The position numbers and the translations under genes are program-made. The notes beneath the pieces are model-generated. The model was given only the letters and a program-made list of their open reading frames with translations. It was not told where the DNA came from and did no database searches. 64,000 nt of DNA from positions 8,928,001 through 8,992,000 of the forward strand of contig JBHGNT010000012.1 of assembly GCA_043228905.1 (NCBI GenBank), written 5' to 3'. Below are positions 33,792 through 47,141 of the stretch, piece by piece; within the stretch, counting starts at the first letter, position 1, and every line of letters begins with the position of its first letter. This DNA is from Azolla caroliniana (Eukaryota > Plantae > Polypodiophyta).

Positions 33792-35015
33792 GATCCTCCA
33801 AATGTGTCCAAATCTATTCAAAATATCATGATCTGGAAGTGTAACCCAAGCCGATTTACTAATCGGATGTCGGCACTGTCACAGGAACTCTTTCTTGCCA
33901 TAAGCTTAACCATAAGCGTAATCGGGAGTTTCGTAAAAACTTGATTGGTCACAAAAAGGCTGAAGTAGGGTTCTCCTCCTGCATTGTTGATGCAAACTCT
34001 CCTTACTATTGACCGAAAACCCAGGTTATAACCCAAGAAAAAAAAGGAATCTTTGGATAGCCTTTGAAAAAAAACTCAATTTTTTTTACACAAGAATCAA
34101 AATAAGATTCCAGGAGTGCCGAAATAAAATAGATCCATTTTCTTGCAAAGTATTTAGTCCCCCCAATAGCCAAGATACTATGTTTTCTATACCTTCGATA
34201 ATGAAAAAAAACTCGACTCAGGCAAAAACGCATGTTTGCCCCATACGATCGGTATTCATACCAACTACATCGCCCCCCCTTCCGAGTAATGCTATTCCAA
34301 TTGATAGATCTAAAAGCTCTCAATAGTGGTCCATGTACCTGATTTTTTAGGAACAATATTGTTGAATCAATCTCAGAGATGTAGAAATTCCAAGGTACAA
34401 TGGCTATATTTTTTATTCCCTTGTTTCTTGAAAGATAAACAAAGTTAACAAACTTTTTTTAAATTTATGTAAAGACAATCTCAAAATATGTAGAAATGGA
34501 GCATCCTGTATACTTCTCCAAAACAATCGAATCAAACTTTCTGAATGAACATTTTGTGGTATTCTGATACCTAAAATATTGTTGGATTTTGGCAATCTAT
34601 CTTCTAGAAATAGAAATATTGAATGAATGGATCGGGAAGTTTTCCAATCAACAATAAGCTTCTTCATAGTCGGCGGCGTTGTTCAAGACGATAAAGAAAT
34701 CTCTAAAACAAAGCATATCATTTATGATAGAACATAGAAGTATGGCCCGAAACCCCAACTACCAGATTAATTTCAATCAGATTCTGAATAAACAATCTCG
34801 TAATAATCCTGATGACGCATTCTATCAATCATATGTTTCGATGATATAATACTACATGCTTGAAGTACTATATCAATCTTTTGTGCGCATGAAGTGTATT
34901 TGCAAGCAACCAAATAACAATCCTCTTTGAAGGAAAGAAAATGAATACAATAAACATTCTTTGTGGAAATTGATCAACAGACTCATCATAAAGTCCCTAG
35001 AATAAAAAAAAGATC
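33792..35015 (-). pseudogene. matK: NUPT: plastid maturase K fragment
   Basis: SRSIHSIFLFLEDRLPKSN..IPQNVHSESLIRLF..DAPFLHILR, WYEYRSYG..LAIGGTKYFARKW; frameshifts and stops. Confidence 0.85.
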
Positions 35016-35250
35016 CGTAACCTTTATAAATAACATCATTGGGTCATACATCTTCATAATGATAATCTTTTGATTGTAAAGTATTTATAATTGTAGGTAT
35101 TGAAAAACCTGTGAGTGTGAAAGTACTATCATCCTTTCAATCACATCCTATTTGTAATACTCGTCTCCCTCACCTTGCTAAAGCTATGGATATGTTACAA
35201 CTGGTCGTTGACTTTCCGATTCCACCTTTACCGTTAACAGCTACTTTCGT
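35014..35250 (-). pseudogene. chlL: NUPT: 5' fragment of light-independent protochlorophyllide reductase subunit L
   Basis: [70 protein letters not shown]. Confidence 0.88.
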
Positions 35251-35880
35251 TTCGCAAAGCTCCAATTCATATTGATACCTCCCGACTACTCTTCACACTC
35301 CCCATTCCTACCCTACCATAATCCAAACATACACTTCTATTAGGATAATCCCATGGCTATTCTACTATGCTTCTCAGAGGGTGGGGAATAGAAACTCTTG
35401 ATTGCTCATTGATACGTACGAATCATGGGGAGGGGGACAACCAACCACGATCAGCCATGGCTAGAGTCGATCGCGCAACGCGAGCCCCCCCACGATTCAA
35501 GAGCTCCATCCACTATCCAACGGGAGCTCCATCTGGAGCCAACAACCATATAAGGAGCGATCCAATATTAATATGAGAGATATTTTTTTGACAAGAAAGA
35601 TTGATCCAACCAAGCAAGCCAAACCCACAGTTTGATATCAATATGAGAGATAATTTGTTTCTGGAATCGGAGAGAGAAGAAGGAAAAAAACTAGAGGGAA
35701 AAAATGGTACATATATTGAACTCTTTGTTGATCCCCCTTCCCAATCTTACTTTGCATGTCCACTTTTAGTTACATGCTTCCTTTTTTCGTTGCATGCCTT
35801 TTACTTTTAGTTGCATGGCCTCCTTTTTTTTAGTTGCTTGACCTTTACTTTTAGTTTCATGAGACCGTTCGTATAATTCA

Positions 35881-36112
35881 GCCACATGATCCACAATCAT
35901 ACATAAAGTTCAGCCCATGCATAATCCATATGTGCATCGCAACCAAACCGTAGACGTGGCCACATGATCCACAATCATACATAAAGTTTAGCCCATGTAT
36001 AATCCATATGTGCATCGCAACCAAACCGTAGACGCGGCCACATGATCCACAATCATACATAGAGTTCAGCCCATGCATAATCCATATGTGCATCGCAACC
36101 AAACCGTAGACG
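35881..36112. repeat. 78-bp tandem triplication within the Gypsy-2 3' LTR
   Basis: Units start at 35881, 35959 and 36037; only one copy in the 5' LTR (~42733-42810). Confidence 0.92.
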
Positions 36113-36493
36113 CATCCGCACACGTGCGTCCCGACCGCACCGTGTACGCATCCACGCGCGCGTTCCCGACCGGGCCGTACGTCGTATATATATTGGGGAA
36201 TCCAATTTTATCCTATCTATGTGGGATATCTCACAGTTTTGTTTTTTTCCCCTTTTCTCTTCAAACTTCTCACTCACATAACGTGATGATGCTTGTTTAT
36301 CCATTTCATGCGTAGTAAAATACGTTATGAAGCTCTTCAAGACATCTATCTTTCCACATCAATACATTAAGGTAATCTTAAATAATTATTTTACTAGTTT
36401 TTATATCATGTGTGAAAAACCACACGACATTCACCCCCACCAAACCTGCACATCCACCGGTATGTGCCAATTGTAGTGAGGTTCCTCTTTTAA

Positions 36494-39400
36494 TTACTCT
36501 TTTTCATCTTGGATGTTCGAGGCTACATCATCTAGAGCTTTGATCTCAAGATTTGGGGCCTCTCTTCGCTTAAAGATCTTGATCCTCTTTCCTGCAATTG
36601 GCAAGGCAAGTCGAGCTCCATCTAACTCCACTAAAAAATAGGTTGCATTGTTTCCAATTTTCTTAACCATATACGGGCCAAACCATCGTTTTGTAAAATT
36701 TCGGGCAGTGCTATATTGATTATCGAGACTACTATCATAGACAAGAACCCAATCTCCTTCTTCAATTTTTCTTTGTCGAAGACGATGCTCTTTATCAAAA
36801 TTCTTCTTGTTCTTCAATCGAGCCTGGAGCAACCATTCTATTGCCAACTCGACATCTTCAGGCCTCTGTTCTAATTGTTGAATCCTTATAGCTAGCAAAT
36901 CTTCTCGACTCATTTCATCTTGCCATGGAAAAGATGTCCACGAAGCAATACTTTACTCGATAGGCATTATTGGTTTTTGCCCTAATATGAGTTCGGTCGG
37001 CATATATCCTGTAGTCGTGCTATGTGTAGTTCTATCAGCCCGCAATGCATAAGGTAGTAATTGTGGCCAATTCCCCATTTTCCCGTCGCAAGCCTTTGCT
37101 AGAGCTTTAACAATCGGACTATGGCCTGTTCCACCTTCCCATTTGCGTCTGGGTTGTATGCCATGGTGAGCGATAGTGTGACGCCTATCCTTGAAAAGAA
37201 CTCTTTAGCTTCATTTGCATCTAACTCCCCCCTATCTGCTACTATTTTGCCGACACATCCGTATCGACAAATAACATCTTCAAGGAGAAACTTACAAACC
37301 GCTGATGTTGTTTTATTCCTTCTACTTGGTTGGTGAGATCCTCTCTTGCTAGCACGAAATACTTCATTTGCCCCAATCCCATCGGCATAACCACTATGTC
37401 TACCGACCACTTATAATGCATTGATAATGGATATGTCGGATGAAGTTCATCCCTATGTTGAATATTCGAGTATAATTGGCATTGCTTACATGTTTCAACA
37501 TAGCTTGCTACATCTTTGTAAACACCCGGCCACCAATACTTCTCCTTGAGCTTTGCGAAAGTTGCCCATATACCTCGATGACCTGCCCACACACTATCAT
37601 GAAATTCAGCAATTAGTGTTTGTTGATCTTGTTTCTTGCACACCACTCAAAGTGGAGTTCCATTCTTCTTCTTTCGAAACTTCCATAGATGTCTTTCTTT
37701 GAGGAAGAACTTGTAGGCCCTCTTCCTAATTCAGTAGAAGTCTTCCTTTGACCATGATTCATCCTTTGTAAGAGGGCTTAAGTACTAGCCAATTTCGATG
37801 AATTCTCCCTCATAATCTTCTACTTTAAAAACTACTAGCACCTGAGCACAAGAAACCGTAAAGAAGTTTAGGCCAACATCCTCTTCGTCAAAGTGCCAAT
37901 TTTCTTCACCCTCATACCTTGCCCTTGACAACATATCGGCCACCACATTATGCTTTCCATTTATATGTCGAATCTCGGGGTTGAGGGACTTGATATAGGC
38001 AATCCATCACAACATAGCAATATCCGGTGTCGCACAACCGGATATCATTCCAAGAATAGGTAGACAATGAGTTTCGATTATGACCTCTGTTTTGATAAGG
38101 TAGTCACAATCGGTTTTAACCGCAGATACTATTCCCCATAGCTCTCTGTTTACTTGGGCATACTTTCTTTGTCTTTTGGTCAACACCTTTGCACCAAATC
38201 GGATTGCATACCGATTCTTTTCTTTGTCTTCTTGGTTTATCACCCATCCAATTCCGGTTGGGCTCGTATCCACTGTCACATATATAGGGGTACCTTCGGT
38301 GTATTCGGCTTTTCACAGTGTCAAAGCTTCCAATAATAATTTCTTTAGCTTTTGAACCGCGTAGGTATGCTCATCTTCCCATTCGAACTTCTTCCTTTTC
38401 TTAAGTAATCCATACAATGGTTCAACGACATGAGCATAATGTGGAATCCATATGTGATAGAATGCACATGCTCCCAAGAATCTTCGCACCTCTATTTGAG
38501 ACACACATTCTTCTTTCATCTCTTGAATAGCGTTCACCTTGGATGGAGATGGCTTCTAGCCATAAGACCCACATAAGTGTCCCACTACCAATAATTCAGG
38601 TTGACCGAATGCAGACTTCTCTCCTGAAAATGTGAGATTTTCATCGTCAAGCTTTTGCAACACCTTCTCGCTATCATTTATATGATCGATGACGAATCTT
38701 CGGCAATCATCTTCATCGTTCGATTCATCTTTCTCTTCCACCAAGCATCCTTTGATTGGAATGTCATCTAAGACGGGTATTGTGATATCAGGGATGCAAT
38801 CCCTCAACACTTTATTCATGGCATTCACCATGTGGGCTACGGAATTTGCCGCACCTTGGAGTAAGGAGCACATCCTTACCAACCCGATCAGCATCCTCAT
38901 TGTCGTTATGTCTCTACTATCGATGACCAATTGAAACTGATCATAACTCAAGTAGAGCTCACCAACGGAATAGATCGATCTTCCTGTGAAGGCTTCGGCA
39001 AATTCATCAACGCTTGGACCAATTCCGGCATTTCGGATCGTCACCTTGTTGACGGGTTGGAGATCTTGAATAAAGCGTAAGGACCCATTCTTCTTCGGCA
39101 CCGTAAACCATCTATTGGAGTAGGAAGCATTGGATGGCTCAATAATTCCCATCCTAACCTTTTCCTTTAGAAGCTCAATCAACATTGGAATGTGAGCTCT
39201 TGGAACCGGTATCGTCTTGAGGTTCCAAGGTACATGTGGCACCGTAAATATCACCATCAGCTCTATCATCTTCGGGCTGGCACATCCGATCTCTTGTGGG
39301 GAGAAGGTGAAGGCTTTCCCATGTCTCTCAAGCATTCCGCGGAACATTCTCTCCTCTTCAGGGAGGAGGAAATCCTCCTTTCCAACTCGTAGCTTCCCTT

Positions 39401-42135
39401 TTGTCTCTTTAGTGAAGACATAACCTATTGCCTTTCGATCCCTTAAGCTTGGATCATTAGAAACTTCCTTCATCTTTTGCCAGCTATCTTCTGGTAGCGG
39501 AACCGCAACTGGCTTGATCTTTTTATCCACCGTTTTATATTTTGTGTTGACTTGAGCTTCCTCCATCAAGATGCCTCGATGATAGCGTACATGTTGACGG
39601 AGTTAACCAAAATCTCGTGTCAATCGTGAGGATAGCTCAAGTCCACGATTTCCTCGATTTCCTCGATGGTGTCGTTAAATGAGGCTTCCTCTAGAATATG
39701 AGTTACGAATTCTTCTTCTCCTATTATGCTTTCTTCTTTCAGCGCCTTCTCAAAGTCTTGTATCGGACGCTTGTACTTCTTGTTGAGTAGTGTTAGGTTA
39801 CATGCACCACTAGGTGTGACACATGTTGCTTCTTGTTGCAATCCACGTGCTCTACTTCCTTGTGGGGACTTATGATTGCTCGGACTATTTGTGCCCCATG
39901 CTTCAATAGTCCGTTCTAAAAATTTGAAGATTTGCCTCCAAGGCTATCTCAGTTCCTTCTGTGATTGGCTCGCACCGTCAAGAATTGAACAGATCTTTGG
40001 TTTTCAAGGCTCTTGACTCGTGCAAAAGCCGCTCCATTATCGAACACCTTGGTCTCCATCCGGGATGATGTGATATACGGTTGTCCTAGGATGACAGGAT
40101 GTGAAGCCGAGTCTTGCACGAAGAAGTGTTGATCCATCTCCACATCTTTAATCGTGATTTTAACATTGGGGCAAGCTCCGTACAAGTCTTCTGTGGCCTT
40201 CCTTGCCGCTCGAATATTCCATCCGTGGTTTGTATTAATTGGCCATCTTCCCTTTTTGTAGAACTCGGTGGACCTCAGGTTAATCTCCGAACCATGGTCA
40301 AACAAAGCTACCACAGTCTCTTTCTTCTCCCCGATCTTCACCGGCATCTCCGTTGTCACTCTTGCCCAATGAGGCCGAGAGTAATGGCTATCCGCCATCA
40401 CTTCTTCTTCTTTCTCCTCTTCCGATCTTGCCATAGTTATGGCACTTGTTTTCACCTCCTCGTCATCTTCTTGTTGCCGCTTCCGCTTAATCAAGTTCAC
40501 GATAGTATCGTGGAACTCCTTCTTAGCAATCCCAAGTAGCTCTCTCAAAGTAAGGTCGACATGACAGTCTAAAACCTTCTCCTCAAGGACCTTCCGCAAG
40601 TCGGTTGTTTGTTCTATGTCCGACCTTAGCTTGTAAGTTGGCGCCACTCGTTCTTTTCCTTTCTTCATAGATTCATTGACTTCTATCCGAGAAGGTTGGC
40701 TCGATCCTCCAGGCTTCATGCTTGTTTCTCCTATCTCTTTTCGTGGCGTAGGATGGCCTTGTCCTTCTTTCCCTGCATTCCCCGTATTGTGATGCTTTGA
40801 TGTGTCATCTTCTTCACCGGTTCTTTTCCTCTTCTCTTCGACAAGAGCTTCATAGTTGTCACACACAACCTCCACAAAGCTCATGTTATCGTCGATTGGA
40901 TCTGACCATCCGATAACTCATTGCCCATTCCGATCAGCAAGTTGTAGATCCTCCAAATCGATTTTGCCTTTCTTTTCGCACTCAAATACTATTGGCCAAA
41001 ACCCAACTCCCAGCTTGATCGTCTTTAGATTCTCTCTTCCAACTCGTATCGCAGACTATGCGGGATAGTGCATGGCTTCTACATGCCTTGCATTTTCCTC
41101 TTCCACGATCTTTTTCAGCCCGCCTCTTCCGAAGTTCACTCGTAGTTGCTTACAGGTCTCACTCGAATGAATCATGTTGTCGTCCAAATAGACGACCTTC
41201 TTGTGAATCGCGTCTTGTAAGTCAATGCACTCCCTTCGCGAGTGCTCGAAGCTGTTGCACCACACACATCTATACGCTTCTCTTCCCTTGGACCCGCGTC
41301 GACCTAAGTTAACCAAAGATACCGCTTCAAACTTCTTGGAGAGCTCTTCGATTATGGATTCTTCCATCGCTTTCTTGTCAAAATTGTTGATCGGCTTGCT
41401 AGGCTCGATCATCATAGGCACCTTCCTCCTCCACGATTGTGGATTCTCCATATCAGTTTCCTCTTGCCATTGCCGGCGCTTATCAAGACGATTACAAGCC
41501 TTCTTCACCGCCGCCCAGTCCGCTACCAAACCATTTGGTTGTGTTTCGTCCTCCAAAAAGTTGCCCAATTCTCGCCGATCTTTCGTATCCACTGCCTTTA
41601 GGAATAGTAGGACTTTATCTCCATCGACAACTCGTTGATCAACTCTCGGAAGTCGTTTGTACTTCTGGCCGAATTCAGCATATACTCCAGACATAGACAT
41701 ATTCTTCCCTTTCTTCTCGATCCACGTCATTAGTGTATGTCGAGTCATCTGTGACGCATCTTCAAGCATGTATTCAACGAGAAGCCCTTTTTTGAACTCC
41801 ACCCAAGTTATGTGCTCGTTTTGGATCTCCATGACACGCTCGCAGATCCTTGGTTCCACCACACGTTTGAAGCTAGAAATTTGTTTGAGATCGTTGACAT
41901 CCCTCTGTTGCATCTTGTTTCAATAGGTAGCAAGAATATCCGTGATGTTCTTGCCACCAAATCGTCCAGCTATCTCAACTGTACAATCAACAACTTTGTC
42001 GATTAAAGCTTCTCGATCTCTCACTTTCAGCATGTATTCCAGTACGAACATCATACCTTTAATTAATTCCTCTCCTTCAGTTCCGCTTGTCGAAGCCATC
42101 GTTGTACTTGAGATCCTCCCTACCACCTCTTTCAC
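36494..42135 (-). pseudogene. Gypsy-2 gag-pol (gag, CCHC, protease, RT, RH, IN)
   Basis: CVWCNSFEHSRREC; ALFDHGSEIN; YKTVDKKIKPV, YSNRWFTVPKKNGSLRFIQDLQPVN, VLDD; TVDTS; H..GH..CKQC, ADRGE; WFGPY. Confidence 0.9.
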
Positions 42136-42156
42136 GTCAGGTTCACAACTTAATTA

Positions 42157-43224
42157 TGTCGTGAGAATCCGTCACTATGTGCGGATCGTGAGACGGAACC
42201 TCTAGGGTTATGGACCGGAAAGGAATTTGTACACACACGCACAACACAAGCAAGATTCACTTATAAGACAAGTAAATGAGAGGAAACATTTGTTTATTGC
42301 AAAAGAAGTCGATTCTATATAAACTTAGAATCATGTTACAATGGATTGGATATGAAAATGAGAGATAAATCTTTTAAAGAAAGGAGCCAACAACCATATA
42401 AGGAGCGGTCCAATATTAATATGAGAGATATTTTTTTGACTAGAAAGATTGAGCCAACCAAGCAAGCCAAACCCGTAGTTTGATATCAATATGAGAGATA
42501 ATTTGTTTTTGGAATCGAAGAGTGAAGAAGGAAGGAAAAAAAAACTAGAGGGAAAAAATGGGACATATATTGAGCTCTTTGTTGATCCCCCTTCCCAATG
42601 TTACTTTGCATGTCCACGTTTAGTTGCATGCTTCCATTTTTAGTTCCATGCCTTTTACTTTTAGTTGCATGGCCTCCTTTTTTTAGTTGCTTGACCTTTA
42701 GTTTTAGTTGAATGCGATCGTTCATATAATTCGGCCACATGATTCACAATCATCCATAAAGTTCAGCCTGTGCGTAATCCATATGTGTGTCGCAACCAAA
42801 CCGTAGATGCATCTGCACACATGTGTCCCGATCGCGCCGTGTACGCGTCCGCACGTGCGTCCCCAATCGGGCCGTACGTTGTGACCCAAAATCATTTAAG
42901 CCATTCATCCACACAATTTAGCCCAAATCACCTTAAACATTCTGTGCTTCACACATTGATATAATGAATAGGTTTTGGCTTTCTATATATATTGGGAATC
43001 CAATGTTATCCTATCTATGTGGGATATCTCACAATTTTGTTTTTTTCCCCTTTTCTTTTCAAACTTCTCACTCACATAATGTGATGCTTGTTTATCCATT
43101 TCATGCGTGGTAAAATACATTATGAAGCTCTTCAAGACATCTATCTTTCCATATCAATACATTAAGCTAATATTAAATAATTATTTTACTAGTTTTCATA
43201 TTGTGTGTGAAAAACCACACGACA
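42157..43224 (-). repeat. 5' LTR of Gypsy-2
   Basis: tgtcgtg...cacgaca inverted termini; matches 33028-33065 plus 35535-36429. Confidence 0.9.
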
Positions 43225-43264
43225 ACGGGGAAAACTAAACCCGAAAACTCGGCCATGCATATTC

Positions 43265-46200
43265 CTTGCTTACCGAATAATCTGTAGTTTGCCGAAAGTG
43301 TCGATCCAACCAGTTTTGCAACTGACATGTTGAACCGTTGAAGCACCTTTGTCACGTACTTCTCCTATGACAGCCACAATTGCTTCGTTGGCCGGTTCCG
43401 GATGATATGCATCCCCAACATCTCTCTTGCCGAACCCAAGTCTTTCATTGAGAAGGTCCGGTTGAGAACCTTCTTGAGCATCCGTATTTTGGCTTGGTCC
43501 TGTTCGATGATCAACATGTCGTCCACGTACAGAAGGAGTATCAGGAAGTCGCCTCCTTCGAACTTCTTCACAACACGCAGTGATCGGCCTGCGTCTTGTG
43601 CTACCCTTGATCGGTCACGAGGGAGTCGAACTTCCGGTACCATTGTCGGGGAGCCTGCTTCAGTTCGTACAGGCTCTTCTTCAACCGGCATACCAGGTGC
43701 TCCTTCCCTTTCTCGACGAATCCTTCCGGTTGTTGCATGTAAATCTCCTCTTCGAGATCACCGTGAAGGAATGTTGTCTTCACGTTCAGCTGCTCTACCT
43801 CGAGGTCCCTGCTTGCCGCTATACTCAGGACCGTCCGGATGGAGGTCATCTTTACTACCGGGGCAAATATCTCGTTGAAGTCCACGCCCTTTTTTTGTTG
43901 GAACCCCTTCACCACGATCCTGGCTTTTTTTTGTTTCGGAGTGCCCGCTTTCCTTTCGGCAACTCCACCAATTCGTACGTATGGTTCTCATGCAGGGAAT
44001 CCATCTCATCCTGCATGGCACTTAACCATTTGCGGTTGTGGGTGTCATCCTTCGCTTCTTCAAAGCTTTCTGGCTCCCCCTCATCGGTTAGCAGCACATG
44101 CTCTGCATCCAGAAATCTTCGGGGGGCCCTTCTCTCTCTGAGAGGATATCTCCGTCTCTGGGCTTCGGTAACCGGCTCCTCCATTTGGGGTCTTAGCCGG
44201 TTCCGGTTTCAGCTTCCTCTACTTCTTCTTCTTCCGGTTCGGTATTCTCACCGTAACCGGCTAGTTCCTCGAGTGATAACCGGTCTCTTGCCGGTTGGGT
44301 TTGCTCATCATAGAATCGATCCTTACTGGTCGACTTGGAGTTCATTATCTTCTTCTCCGACTACCAGTCGGCGAGCGTCTTGTCCTCCATGAAGATAATA
44401 TCTCGACTCCGGAATACCTTCTTGTCGACCAAGTCCCACACTCGGTAGCCGAACTCATCGTCATCGTAACCGAGAAATATGCATGGCCGGGTCTTCGGAT
44501 CTAGTTTTCCTCTCCGGTCCTTAGCTACATGCACATACGCAAGACACCCGAATACCTTTATATGCCGGTAGGACACTTCCTTACCGGTCCAGACTCTCTA
44601 TGGCGTGTCTCTGTCCAAGGGTACTGAGGGTGATCTATTTATCACATATGTCACCGTCGACATTGCCTCAGCCCAAAACTTCTTGGGTAGTTTTGCATGC
44701 GCTAGCATACTCCGGACCCTCTCCATTATGGTCTGGTTCATCCTCTCGGCCAGCCCGTTTAGTTCCGGCGTCTTCGGCATTGTAAATTCGAGCCGGATTC
44801 CCGTCCAGCTTCAATACACCTCGAACTACCCCTGGTATTCACCTCCGTTATCTGCTCAAACCGCCTTCAACTTCCGATCCGTTTCTCTTTCCACTCTCGC
44901 GTGGAGCTCTTTGAAGATGGATAACACCTGATCCTTCGTCTTCAACGGTGTGCTCCATAGCTTCCGACTGTGGTCATCTATGAACGTCACAAAGTACTGC
45001 GATCCGGCATGTGACTTTGTGTCCACTTAACATACATCAGTATGCACCAACTCCAGTGGTGCATTACGTCTCATCGGTGGCCTCGATCGGAAGGAGGTTC
45101 GGTTTTGTTTACCGGCCAGACAATCAGTGCACTTCTCCAAGTGCACGTTCTTCACTAGAATGAGGTTGTTGTCTACAAGCCTCTTCATCCCCTTCTCACT
45201 CATGTGACACAGGCTCTTGTGCCACAGCTCACTGACAGTGTCGGATGCCACGTTCACTTCATCCGGACATAACCGGGCATTCATCAAGTACAGTGTGTTG
45301 ACCTTCCGGGACCGAGCCACAATCAGGCTCCCTTTGCTGAACTTCATAACACCGTTCCGGATGCTACCCGTGTAGCCTTCATCATCTAGCCGACCGGCTG
45401 ATATCAGGTTCAGACGAACCTCCGGAACGTGTCGGACATCCTTCAGCAGCAGCTTGCATCTGGTTGGTGTTGTCAACCACACGTCTCCTATGCCGACAAT
45501 TCGGCATGTACCTTCATTCCCCATCCGGACACAACTGTGATCACCGGCTAAGTAGGATGAGAAGCATTTCCGGTCCGGGGTAAGGTGGAACGACGCTCCG
45601 GAGTCAATCACCCAGGTCATCTCGTCGCCGGCAAGGTTTAGCTCACTCTCCTCGGTGATGAGCATCAACTCTTCTTCAATTACCGCGATTGTCGTCGTTC
45701 CCTTCCGGTCCGACCCCCTCCAGTCTTTACCAATCCAGTCTGGTGTCCGCTTGGAATTGGTACCGTCAGTTTCCTTGTCTTTTAGGAAATGCCAACAGTT
45801 CTTCTGGAAGTGTCTCGGCTTGCCGCAATAGAAGCAAGTAGGCCTCCCTCTTGACTTTGACCGTGTCCCCGACTTCTCCCGGTTCAGGGGACTACGGTTC
45901 CTTTGTCTTCCGCGTTCTGATTCGGTAAGGAGTGCTTTGGAATCGGAGCTCGTATCCTTATCTTTCCGATGTGCCTCCTCATTTAGCAAGCTCGACTTCA
46001 CTCTTGCTAGGGATAACCGTTTCCCTTCCGGCCCGACGTTGCCCAAAGTGACAACCAACGTCTCCCAGCTATCTGGGAGGGAACCGAGCAGGAGTAGCGC
46101 TAGTACCTCATCGGCAAGAGGTACTTCCAATGATGTTGCCAAGTGTATCAGCCCCTGGAAGGCATTCATGTGCTCCGCCATGTTGAAGCCATCTTGGTAC

Positions 46201-47141
46201 TGGAGTCTTACTAGCTTCCGGAATACCGAAACCTGGTTAACAACATTTTTGTTCTGAAACATAATGCCGATCTTCTCCTAGAGCTCATGAGCCTTGCTCT
46301 CTTCATTGATGTTGTTGTATAGGCTCATGTCGATGAAACACCTTATGTACGTCGTTGTCTTCATGTGCATCACCTCCCATATCGTGGCGTCGATTTTGTC
46401 CGGTCTCTTGTCCCCAAACTGAACCGGCAACCAAAGATCTTTAACCACGAGCATGTCCCTCATCTTCGACTTCCACACGGAATAGTTGGAGCCGGTGAGC
46501 TTGAACATACCTCCCAACGAATCGTCCATTTTCTGTGTCGTTTCGCTCTGATACCACTTTTGCAGGAACTACGCGCTCCCAATGAACAACGCTCGGCCAC
46601 AACCAAGCTTAGAATCAAACACAGAAAAAATGGGATTGAAGGCACAACACAATGGAGAGAAGAGTACACAGGAAAGAAAAGAGAATACAGGATGTTAACG
46701 TGGAAAACCCAAACTAGGGAAAAACCACGGCAGCCCATAGACTGCAAACTATCACTATATCACAATGATTACAACAGTGAGCTCATGGAGGCAATGACCT
46801 CGTGCTCACGATCTTCGCCACAGGGGGCGGTTACAACAGAGGCAACGACCTCTTCGTTTCTTTCTCTCTCTCTCTCTCTCTGTACACTGTTGCGCTCTAA
46901 TCTTGCGCCAACAAGAATGACAATAACTCATACTAAGTTTGCCCTAAGTCATATTTATACTAATATGAATTTTTGGCTATTTACGAATATAGCCCTGATG
47001 GACTCTCAGAAACATATTTGCGAATATGTCCCTTCATACAGTGAGCACTCCTCACCGGGCCTACATCATCCGGCGCTTTCCGGGTACTCCTCATCCAGTT
47101 CTCACCGGGTCTTCCCATCTGGAAGGACCTGTTTCCTAACA
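43265..47141 (-). mobile_element. Copia-4: 3'-truncated Ty1/copia element (Copia-5 family)
   Basis: 5' LTR ~46560-47141, PBS tggtatcagagc 46545-46556, gag ATG 46529, pol fragments ending inside RT. Confidence 0.9.

Larger units (their letters stand above)
33028..43224 (-). mobile_element. Gypsy-2: Ty3/gypsy element resembling fungal/charophyte-type lineages
   Basis: 5' LTR 42157-43224, 3' LTR 33028-36429 (interrupted by plastid DNA), purine-rich tract on the - strand at ~36431-36441, 4-bp TSD atgg/acgg. Confidence 0.9.
30462..43268 (+). mobile_element. Copia-3: old truncated Ty1/copia element interrupted by Gypsy-2
   Basis: LTR tgttggg 30462-31011, degenerate PBS tagtatcaaagc, gag/PR/IN fragments to 33027 (YVHIAKEK), resuming at 43225 (RGKLNPKTRPCIFL), then truncated. 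Confidence 0.85.

Noticed and set aside
33791-35016. GATC at both matK junctions, suggesting a restriction-ligation (Hi-C) chimera
   Set aside because: No GATCGATC junction is present, and the plastid pieces carry many decay mutations, which fits an old genuine NUPT. Not fully excluded without reads.
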